This document shows, piece after piece, positions 51,601 to 62,135 of a stretch of DNA of 64,000 bases. A program made the position numbers and the translations under genes. The stretch's first letter is position 1. Every line of letters starts with the position of its first letter. The notes under the pieces were generated by a model, which saw only the letters and a list, made by a program, of their open reading frames with translations, was not told the DNA's origin and searched no databases. Source of the stretch: Vicugna vicugna. Its lineage: Eukaryota. The stretch is from positions 9,591,009-9,655,008 of the forward strand of contig MU058781.1 of NCBI GenBank assembly GCA_013265495.1. The letters are read 5' to 3'.

Positions 51601-53647
51601 AAATGCAGCATAGGGCCATCATGGAAACAGCATTTTAAGCATAAAAGCTATCTAGAAATATTTGTGAAGACCAGGAAGGGAAAGAGCTTTTCTTTTTTTT
51701 TCCCCTAGATGTTTAGCAGATGTCAAAGACTACTGGTTAATTCAACAATATATATATGCCTGTGTGCACCAGGTACAATGCTGTGATGTTGCTCTGTGCT
51801 TTTTACATGGCAAATGGCTTAATTGGTTCTCTTTGATGTACTGGTTAATGTGGCTTTACTAAGAGTTAATAATATCAATACAAAAGTTCTCATATGGACA
51901 TGTAGATGTTAAGATTAAACAGTGACCTTTTGCTTCATGTTTTTACATGTTTTATCTGCTCTATACTGTCCCACGTGGTTCAACTTTTTCCTACCATGTG
52001 GATAGTTGGCAACCTTCAATGTTTGGTGAACCAAAGGCAGAATGGAAAATCACTGAGAAAACTTGACACCATTCATGAGCAATTTAAGGGACACTAAAAA
52101 GCTTATCGGCAAGTGCTTTGAAAAATTTGACCTCTCCTTATTTTGTAGGTTTTGGCTTTGAAACTCAATCTCGGTTTAATGTTCAGCAGGTGTCCTTTGT
52201 GGAGTTAGGGCAGGATTTGAAGGGTGGCAGATTAGTGTGATGAATTCGGTGTCTGTCCATCTGGAATGCTGAGATGATGGAGGATATAAATAGGTTTAGA
52301 TTAGGGATGTCTGCTTGGAGGAGGATCAGGATTTGGGCAGACTGGGGATACTCATCCAGAGGGTTTAAGTGCTTTTTTGAGACCCCAGGATTCTGCCCCA
52401 AGGTGGTCTACTTCTGATGTTCAGTTTCTTTCTCACCATGATGATCCTAGAAGTGTAACTTTCCCTGTGGCCTCTCAACACCTTGACCTCTAATCCTAGT
52501 ACGACATTAGAAATTTAAAAATTCCAGTCTGAACCACCCAAGGCTCCAAAATAAAAAGATTTTTTTCATGAATACAGATATAAAAATAGCAAAGATTCTC
52601 AATAAGAAGGATTTGTTTTGGATGAGTACCAGTTTGCCAAGTTGCTCTGTGTGTGTGTGTGTGTGTGTCTGTGTGTGTCTGGGGGAATGATTATGGCTTC
52701 GTTAACTTGGTTCATTTCTTTCCCATTGGTGAAGGGAAGAAATTAAACTTAACTTTGGCTTTGGTTCTATTTCCATTATCCAGTGAATCAGGAGAGTTAG
52801 CTCCATTTGTTACTCTACTGCTGTGGGAAAATTTGTCATAATCACCTCCTCTTTTTTCTCTCTATCCTTCTCTTGTTAAACTGGTACAGTGTCCTTAATT
52901 AATTGCCTTGGGATAGTCTGAAGTGTAAGGGGTGGGGGAGGGGAGGTCTACTTTGAGCTATTCCTGAGACAAGCCCAGAGTGGTAAAATCAATAATTTAA
53001 GGGATCACTTGCCTTTAAAAAGAACAACAGACAGACTGGTAAATAGAACAAGACTGTGAAAAACATGTCTTTAGGCAAGCTAATCTAATCACACAAGAAG
53101 GCAGCCTGTTTTCTTACTTGCTGGACCACTTCCACTGTATATTCTCCCAGGGAACAATATATTAAGTGCAGTGTTTAGAAATATTTATTGAATCCTACTG
53201 TCTGATTTTGGCAAATCCCAAGGAAAAAAAAGAATATATGTCTTGGACTGCTTGAGCCTTCCTGGAGGATGTTGGAGTTTTCCCAGAGAGGCTGGCTTCA
53301 CATGGTGGGAAACTGGTTTAGTCGATAAGACTGTGTGAATTTATACTCAGAGGGCATTTAGTTTTCTTCAGGTTTTCGGAGCAACCACAGCTGATCTTAC
53401 ATCTCTCATGATCTGAAAGAGCCCAAAATATATGCTAATCTTTCCTTACGTTGGCGTCGTCATTTCCTTTTGAAGGGCACCCTAGTTTGTAACCCCCTCA
53501 TCCTGTTACAGCAACAGGCTGAGCTCACCAGCACCAAAATACCCAGTATCAGAAGAAAAGACGTGGGTGACAACAAGTGAAAGTGGGTGAAAGATAGGGC
53601 AACATGGGGTGAGATATCCACTGGCTAATACTTTTTTTTCTCATGGA

Positions 53648-55262
53648 ATGTCAGAGCGTCCAGATTAAAACTCCTAGAGGAAAACATAGGGAGAACACTC
53701 TGACACAAATTGCAGCAATATTTTAGGGATCCATCTCCTAAATCAAAGGAAATGAAAGCAAAAATAAACAAATGGGACCTAATTAAACTTAGAATCTTTT
53801 GCACAGCAAAGGAAACCATCGATCAGAGACAACCCACTGAATAGGAGAAAATAGTTGCAAATGTTATGAGTGATAAGGGGTTAATAGCCAATGTACATAA
53901 ACAGCTCATACAACTCAACATGACAAAACAAACAACCCAATTAAAAAATGGGCATAAGAGCTGAGTAGATATTTTTCCAAAGAGGAAATGCAGGTGGCCA
54001 ACAGACACATGAAAAGATGCTCAGCATTGCTAACCACCAGGGAAATGCAAGTCCAAACCGCAATGAGATACTACCTCTCACCTGGCAGAATGGCTGTCAT
54101 AAAAAACGAAACAAAACAAAACAAAGCAAACTCAAATAACAAATGTTGGTGAGGATGTGGAGAAAAGGGAACCTTTCTACACTGCTGCTAGGAATGTAAC
54201 TTGGTATTGTGGAAAACAGAAAAGCTAAAAATTGAACTATCATATGACCCAGCAATTTTACTCCTGGGTATATATTTGAAAAAAAAAACAAAAACAAAAC
54301 CCTAATTTGGAAAGATACATGCCCCCCAGTGTTCATAGCAACATTATTTACAATTGTCAAGATACAGAAGCAACTTAAGTGTCCATCAACAGATGAATGG
54401 ATAAAGTTGTGTGTGTATATGGTATGGTGGAATACCACTTAGCCATAAAAAAGAATGAAATTTTGGCATTTGCACCAACACAGATAGATTTGGAGGGCTA
54501 TTTGCTAAGTGAAGTAAGTCAGTGAAAGATATACTCTTATGATGTCACTTACAGGTGGAATCTAAAAAATGGAACAAACTAGTGAGTTTTAACAAAAATG
54601 CAGACTCACAGATGTAGAGAACAAACTAGTGGTTACCAGTGGGGAGCAGGAAAGGGAGGGACTCAACATACGGGTAGGGGATTAAGAGGTACACACTGTT
54701 AGGTGTAAAATAAGCTTACAAGGAAGTGGGTCCTGCAGGTCTCCGTGCTTGCGCACTGGCAGCTGGGGCAGGCGCGGGAATTCCTGCGCTATCCAGCTGC
54801 TCTGTCTCGCCTCACGTGGTCTACACCGCCTGTTTGGAGGGGATACCTGTGGTAACCACATGTGACCAGGTGATGCCAAGGCCGAGGAAGCCTCAGCGGT
54901 GCCGTCCCGCCCGCCCTGAGACCCGTGCCCGCGGCAAGTGAGGAGAACCTGGGCCTTTGCCCATGATGAGGGCTCCCGGCTGCCCGAGAGCTGGAGGCCG
55001 AGGGCAGCCGGCCTGAGGAGGGTGCGGAGTTGGAAGGAGAGGACGAGATGGAGGAGGAGGTATATATGTTAAAAAATAAATTAATTTAAAAAAATAAGCT
55101 ACAAGGATATACTGTGAAACATATACCATGGGGAATATAGCCAATATTTTATAATAACTATAAATGGAGTATAACCTTTAAACGTGGCTAATCACTACGT
55201 TGTGCACCTATAACTTACACGATATTGTCCAGCAACTGTACTTAAATAAATGAAGAAAAAAA
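53648..55262 (+). mobile_element. 5'-truncated L1 (ORF2 3' part, 3' UTR and A-rich tail), interrupted by a retroposed insert
   Basis: aaaactcctagaggaaaacatagg...aaatgggacctaattaaactt...ccatcaacagatgaatggataaag...gagaacaaactagtggttaccagtgggg...gggaatatagccaatatttt...aactgtacttaaataaa. Confidence 0.95.
54725..55090 (+). pseudogene. GC-rich retroposed transcript copy of unknown parent
   Basis: TSD AAAATAAGCT(t)ACAAGGA at 54707-54724 and 55091-55107. AATAAA at 55075-55080 followed by an A-rich tail. About 20 CpGs. The L1 sequence is continuous when the insert is removed. Confidence 0.75.
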
Positions 55263-55519
55263 GGTTTTGGCAAAATCTTAACCTCATTTTTGTTTAAATG
55301 TGATCATCACACAGCATTGACATTGATGGAGTAATTTAAATTTGTGACGAGTATAAAAATGAAATATTCAGGACGTAGAGTTACGGCCCCTCTATTTAAA
55401 AGTGTACTAAAATAAAAGTGTATTCTGAGGAATGCAAGTGACACAGATCCCTTTAGTTGAAGTTTCTCAGCATGTATCTGGCATCAAACCATTTTAATAG
55501 AGCTTATACAACGTAGGAC

Positions 55520-56370
55520 GTTACAGCCTTACTGCACTGGTGCTTAAGGGAGAGGAGACGTATCTGACCACGTTCTTTTGCTCCTTAGCTTATAACTTCG
55601 GGAAGTTATGTAACCTGTGATGTTTCATCTCTAGAAGAGAGACAAGAGCATCAACCTCAGAGGGTTTTTTAAATTAGACTTTATTTTAGAATAGTTCTAG
55701 ATTAACAGAGAAGTTGCCAAGAAAGGCAGTGTATTCATACACTCTTACCTCGTCTCCCTTGTCCTTACCACGTTACCTTACTGTGGATGTTTGTCAAAGC
55801 TAAGGAACCAACACTGGCACTTCGTTATTACCTGAACTCTACAGTTTATTTGGGTTTCGTGAGTTTTCCCCTAATGTCCTTTCTCTGTTCCCAGGTCTGA
55901 TGTTGGATACCATATAACATTTATTCATCATGTCTGCTTAGGCTTCTCTGATCTATGACAGTTTCTCAGACTGGTTTTTGATGATGTTGACAGTTTCGAG
56001 GAGCACAGGTGAGTATTTTGTAGGATGTCCCTCAGTTGGGGTTTGTCTGATGTTTTTCTCATGATAGGACTGGGTTATGGGTTTTTGAGAGAAGGCGTTC
56101 AGAGGTGAATCATTACTCCCAGCTCGTCATGTCAAGAGTACATACCCTCAACATGGCTCGTTACTGTTGAAGTTGACCTTGTTCACGTGGCTGAGATGAT
56201 GGTGGCCAGGCCTCTCCTTTGTAGAGTTACTCCTTTCCCCCTTTTCCATATTGTACTTTTTGGAAGGAGATGACTAGGCATAGCTCATAGCATTGTTTTA
56301 AGGTTAAAGATGCTAAAGCTCTTACCACAGAATCTGGTACTTAGAAAACCCTCATTAAATGCCGGTTGTG
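55520..56370 (+). mobile_element. MIR split by an L1MC insertion
   Basis: 5' part ...gggaagttatgtaacct...tttcatct...acctcagaggg (to about 55663). 3' part ctcatag...ttaaagatgctaaagctcttaccacag...tggtacttag...ctcattaaatg (from about 56284). Confidence 0.65.
55664..56283 (-). mobile_element. L1MC3/L1MC4-like 3' end
   Basis: gtattttgtaggatgtccctcagttggggtttgtctgatgtttttctcatga...gttactcctttccccc...tggaagga. Confidence 0.88.
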
Positions 56371-57819
56371 ACCATAGTCATTGCTTTGGTACTAGTCTTC
56401 CCCTTCAGTACTTAAAAGCTGGTAGTCTTTAAAGCATCTTCCTCGTAGTTATACCATTCTTAGTCATTTATTGATGTAGATCAAAAAATAAAAAGAAATG
56501 AATTCTCAACAAACTTCTCAGGTGAGGTGTCTGTGCTCCAAGGCACTCGTGGATGGGGGTATATGAATTCACTCAGGCTTCACTGCTGAAAGGCTCAGCA
56601 GGGATCAGCAGCATGTCGTCCTGTTTCAAGGGCTGGTGTCAGTCGTCAGGGATGAGCATGGAAGTGGGGGAGTGGGGGTAATGGTGCCTGCAAGTCTTGG
56701 GCATTATGGGGAGAAGGAAAGTAATTTAGGTGCTGAGTCCACAGTATGGTGAGGCTTGTTTTTTTTTCTTCTCTCCCATGATCAAATTTGATCGCTTTCA
56801 GGTAGAATTTAGAGTTCTTAGAAAAAACTTCTTCAGCACTTCTATGTAAAATGAAGGCCTTGTTCTGTGACCTGAGTTGCTTCAAAGCCCTTGCAATTGT
56901 TGCTGGAGTAGTTTGCTGAGCCTGGATAATAGAGCTCAGAGTCCTGTGTAACCATGTCTGTTGGAGTAAATAAGAACAGCTGGTCTCCTGTACAGATACT
57001 GTTCGGCATGAATTTTTTATTCAAGTCTCTCCATGTGTCTAGTAAACAATAAGCAGGATTCTAACATTACTAAAAGCCTCCCAAGTCTCCTTCCGATACA
57101 TTTCCTTCACTCCTCCCCATTTAGAAGTTCAGGGTGTGGGGCAGGGTTAACGTACCAGAGAAGGAATGCTAGGCAAGTGTTTCTGAGCTGGAGGGAATAA
57201 GGTTTCTCTTCTATGTGTTCTTGACCTTCTGCTTCTCTCTTAGATAAGACATTTTTTGGGCTGTTTCTTAGGAAAGCAAGAGTTGTGCCGACATTCTTTT
57301 ACTGGTCTGTATGTACTAAGTGAAGAGACATATTTGTATCAAGATGGAATACCCTGTCCCTGAGTGCTTTGTGGGGAGAAAATTTACATCTGCATTAAGG
57401 GTAGACGGGTGAAATATTCTCTTGGTCTTCTTTAAATGATGAGCAAGGAAATTCTTTCCATGTATCTGTGAGTTTCTGTCTTGACAAGGTTACTTGAGAC
57501 TGAGTACCCCTCTCCTGTCCTGCAAAGAATGCAGGGAGCACTTGAAGAACAATCATGGCATCCATCGTTTATTCTGCTATCTTTGTTAACAGCAGGGAGA
57601 AGTTTTTTACTTAACCTGCCAAATTAGTGTTGGGGTCCATAGGAGTAAAAACTGTCATAGATAAGTTACCCAGTCTCTTTTATTCTCTCTTCAAGCAGAC
57701 ATTGAGTTCCCTGGCCTGGGGGCTGAGGATGTAAGTAAAAATAAGATGGGATGTATGTACCTCAATAACAGCTGATAATCTTCATGAGCTCTAGGAGGTT
57801 TTTTATCGCTTTAAGCCTT

Positions 57820-58194
57820 TGTAGGACTCCTGCGGTCTTCAAGGATGCTCACGAATGTATCTGGGCCTCTTTGGGGACACTGAGTACAGTTGCGCTTTCT
57901 TGCCTCTTGTTGGGTTAAGTATGACCACATGACTGGCTTTTGCCCATGAAACGTGAGCAGAGGTCACCTCTGTTACTTCCCAGGTGAAGCTGCAGAGTCA
58001 TTGCCTCCCAGCTACCTTAGTGGCAGCACACATGGAGGTCGGAACCTTCACCGTCCGGTCTCAAAGGGCCCCTGAAGGAAATAGCTTTGGACCTAGGTCG
58101 GACTGTGGTGCAAGCAAGAAGTAAGCTTCGGTTACTCCAAGTCAGGGTTTGGGGGTGGTGTGTTGCTGGGTATCGTCACTGTCCTGACTAATGC
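57820..58194 (+). mobile_element. Old ERVL-MaLR solo LTR (MLT1I/J-like)
   Basis: ccacatgactgg...gcccatgaaacgtgagcagaggtca...tgttacttcc...gcaagaagtaagctt...tcctgactaat. Confidence 0.75.
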
Positions 58195-58489
58195 TGTTGG
58201 CGTTATCTCTTTAGAGTCACGGGAATTGAGTCCTAGATGTTTGACTTGGGAGGGGTGTTCACAGCTGTGATTGTGGCAGTGCTAGGAAACTGTACTCATG
58301 GTAGTTCCTGTGACACAAAAACTGAGTGCCCAGCTTATGCTCTGAGAGATGTGCCCTACATTTCAGTATAGTTGTTACATTTCTTCAGGGAGATGACAAC
58401 CCTTCTGACCTTCTGACACGGCATGTATACTTCTCAACAAATATCTTACATAATAGAGCATATTTCTAAGGAAGGAAAAATGAAACTGT

Positions 58490-58556
58490 ACACACACACG
58501 TACACACACACACACACACACGCACACGCACACGCACACGCACACACACACACACA
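58490..58556. repeat. (CA)n microsatellite with CACGCA interruptions
   Basis: Direct reading. Confidence 0.97.
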
Positions 58557-61069
58557 TTAACTTACCCTCCCAAGAGTCATATGAGAGATGTTAATGCCAA
58601 ACTCCTGGTTGTGTGCCAGGAAGATTTTCTTGGGTGGACATAATGCTTAATTTATATTTAGGGAATTTCCACTGCTGAATCACAGAGCTTGTAAAATTTG
58701 AAAAGAGGAGGAGGGGGTGGAGAAGTGGAAAAAAAAAGGGGGGGGGCCCAGGGATGTGGTTGACAATATTCCTTTTAGTTTAAAGCCACCTGAAGGCTGC
58801 AGTTGAATAATAAATTCCCATATGGTTTCCGTCCTTTCAATGTTCGAAAGTCAGAAATGTGATCTACTTTTAGCCTTGGCTTCTCCTTGCCTCTTTGTCA
58901 GGCTGAGAATGCTTCCCGTCTGCTTGCTGGTAGGAAGTGTAAGCCAAGCCCACTGCTCTGGGGGCCACTTCCCAGGCTGTACCTTCTGCTCGGGCAGGTT
59001 GACTCTTCTGGCGGGGACAGTCCACTCCCTCAGGGCCCTCCTGACTCCTGGGTGGACAGGGACGGCCAGTGCCACCACTCTAGATGACTTCATGCTTCAT
59101 TAGTGAGAGAGCCTCCTGACAGGCACTTTCTCAGCCCCCTTTTGTTCTTCCCAGCCGAACAGCTCTGTTTACAATAAACCTTTCACTTCAAGGAAAAACC
59201 CATCATCCATTTGGGTTTTGTTGTTTTCCCTTGATGTGTTTTTGTAACCCTCAGAATCTTTGGAAGGGCAAATACCCAGTAAATCCTGAAACTTGAATAT
59301 AGAGGTATTATCAATTACTTGTACTTTCATTTTCAATTTTTCCTCTTTTCCTTATCCTGTGTAAATTTACTTTCCTCCTGTGTTAGGGAGTTCATGATCA
59401 ACCCAGGAAGTTTATGAAAGAAGTAGTTTTACAGTATGAGGATGCCTCTAAACACAGCTCTGCCTCCTCTTTTCTCTTAATTTCCTTTTCAGTATCAATA
59501 CAAAAGCTACTTCATGTCATATATTAATGGAAACATACCCACTTTTCTTTTGAGGGAAACTTCAAGGAAGATGGAGATCTATATATATATTTAAATTTGG
59601 ATCAGAAGTTTTTCAGTTTTTCAAGTTGATTAAATTAAGCTAGCTAAGGACTAGAATTCCATTATGACTGTGTTCTCTTGGTTGTGTGAACTGTTCTGGT
59701 CTGAATTTGTGAACTTCTGTGCTAATGTCATTAAAATGACATAAGATAACCTTATTGTGGCTCAAAAGGAAGCTACCTATAAATTAGAAGGATTTTGATC
59801 CTACCACCTCGTGCTGGTGTCACTATTTAACATCTATTCCTGCTTATCCACTTAAACACTGAGATGTTGCTCCGTTTTCCTGTCTTCATGGAGATGCAAA
59901 ATGATTTCTTCACACAAGTGCAATCAAAATGATAAAGTGGCCTGAGTCTTTGGAAGAAAAATCGTGCAGAAGTATAGGTAGCTGGAGGTAGAGGAAGACT
60001 ATTTTATATGGAAGAACAAAAGTGTTTGAAAAGAAATGGGGTTACCAGCTATTTGAGCTGGCGAGACAGTACCAAGTGAAAGCTGTTCCCTTTCCACCAG
60101 AGCCAACCTTTTGAAGGGGACACTCTGGCAGAGTTGCTGCATTAGTTTCCTGTTTATTTGAAATGAGAAGGTACGTGTTGGGTACTGAGGCACTTTAAAG
60201 ATGCGCTCCTGTCAAAATAGGCCTTCATGATCCTCAGAAATCACTTGTGGGATATACTGTTTGGATGGAAATGGTATTACCTGGCTTGTCAATTAAATGC
60301 TAGTTTCTATCACCTGCGCAGTGTGTCCCCAAGTGGTATTTCATGTGTTTCTAAAAATGCCTTCTGGAAACTAGACTAACATACAGCATTTTTTCCCCTT
60401 TTTGCTTGATTTTTAATTGTCAATTGCTAATGGAGTGACTTTGAATCAAATGTAAAACAGAAGATCAAGCATGATCCCAGCACCAGTTTCATTCGACATG
60501 AACGTCTCTGTGTCCTATACTTGTTCTCAATACAGATTTTTCAGTGGGTGTATCACTTGGAAAAAAATAATAAACCCTGGTTTCTTTGGATAAGTTTACA
60601 GTAGTACATTTAAAAATCTGCTTCATGAGTTGAGGATACAGGCATTTTATCCTTTACCCTAGCTCTTCCTAGCCTTCTACTTTCAAACATGTATCAACTG
60701 TACATTTCCCATTGCTGAAGTTAACAATTCTGTAACTGTTACGAAGTCTCCCATGGTACACATTCAGATTGTTACTAAAAATTGAAAACCAATCATCAGT
60801 GTTTATGCTGTATCTATGCAAATAATGTTCACTACAGGACCAAGTAAGATGCTCTGATTGTATTCTTTTCCAGTTTCATGATCTCTGTGAAAGGGGTCAG
60901 ATGAAGACTCCTTATTTAATTGTATCAATTCATTGAAACCATACAACATTCAGTTTGCTTCAAATGTGACCTCCAAACTTACTAGACAATTTGTTAACTC
61001 TGAAGTATTAGATCTTTGTTTTTGGGTGGGAAATAAATACAAGCTTTTAAAAAAATAAATTAGATTTTG

Positions 61070-61400
61070 CTTCTAGATTCAATGTTGTTTTCTTAAACTT
61101 TTGGCCCTGGGCCATTTTCTTTTATTATTTTGATATGTTTTCCTTAGGCTTTTTCTGTTCTTTCTTAATGGTCTTCCTGTCAATCAGATGTTGAATCCTC
61201 TGAGTGGATCTTCTATGTTCCTTATCTTTCCTTCACATTTTCCATCTTTCTGTCTTTGTCCATATGTTGTGAACAATTTTAACTATCTTCCAATCCTTAG
61301 TGGTTGTTAGCCATGGCATTTTTAATTTCTAGGAGCTCATCAAATTTTTAACTTCTTAGTTTTATTTGTTTGGCTTGTATTTTGAAATTCATTAAAATAG
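61070..61400 (-). mobile_element. HAL1 or old L1 ORF1-type remnant
   Basis: tcagatgttgaatcctctg...ttttccatctttctgtcttt...tatcttccaatcctt...tttttaatttctaggagctc. Confidence 0.6.
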
Positions 61401-61584
61401 TTGTGTAAAGCACCAGCATTCTACCAGGGATTTGTCTGTTGTGAAGATCTACACTATGGAGTCAAAATTCCCTATGGGTATTTGAAGAGACATCTAGAAT
61501 TACCCTTTAGTTTTATAATCTGTCCACTTGAGAAGAAAATGTCATCAGGTTCTCATTGGCTGTCTGATTTGATTTTTAGGTTAC

Positions 61585-61690
61585 TGATAATGAGTACTGG
61601 ACAGCAGCAATACAGAGTGAGAGATAAAAGACACACAGTTGCTGCCCTCAAGGAATTTATGGTCCAGTTGAAAGAAAAGACAAAAAGCAG
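61585..61690 (-). mobile_element. L2 3' fragment
   Basis: atacagagtga...gacacacagttgctgccctcaaggaatttatggtccag. Confidence 0.7.
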
Positions 61691-62083
61691 AAGCATCTTA
61701 AGAATAAGAAAAAGCCAAATTATGCAGCATGGGGTTTTAAGCCAGGAAAGCTTATTTTTTAAACTAAGATGAACACTTTTGTACCCACAGTTTTTGGATT
61801 TTCTTGTTTATTGGAAAGTCAGATTGTTGGATGGAGACTACTGCTTTTGGCGTATAAGTTCGTGTTCTTTTTATAGGGCCATCTATCTATCACAACCTCA
61901 GATCTACCCAAATCTTACTAGCAGTGGGTGTTGTAATTTTTAAAAAACTGAGTTACTTATTATGCATGGAAAGTGGCATTTTATTATATTAGCTGAATTA
62001 TTTAATTGCTATATTGCTACCTTTTATCATTCATTGACATTTAGGTATAAATCATAGTATACCTATATGCAAAAGATATTATC

Positions 62084-62135
62084 TTTTTCTCTTCTTCCTC
62101 CTCCTCCTCTTCTTCCTCATCTTCTCTGTCTTCTG
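62084..62135. repeat. (CTT/CCT)n-like polypyrimidine tract
   Basis: Direct reading. Confidence 0.85.

Noticed and set aside
52200..52400. Possible CR1-type 3' end (atataaataggttt...)
   Set aside because: Similarity is too short and degenerate to support a call by eye.
53622..55272. Weak inverted similarity between the L1 flanks (gctaatacttttttttctcat versus atgaagaaaaaaaggttttggc)
   Set aside because: Driven mainly by A/T runs; not enough to claim an inversion or TIR.
55592..55609. loxP-like inverted repeat ATAACTTCG-G-GAAGTTAT
   Set aside because: It lacks the inner arm bases and the 8-bp spacer of loxP, and lies at the MIR position gtgaccttgggcaagttac, so it is a chance decay product.
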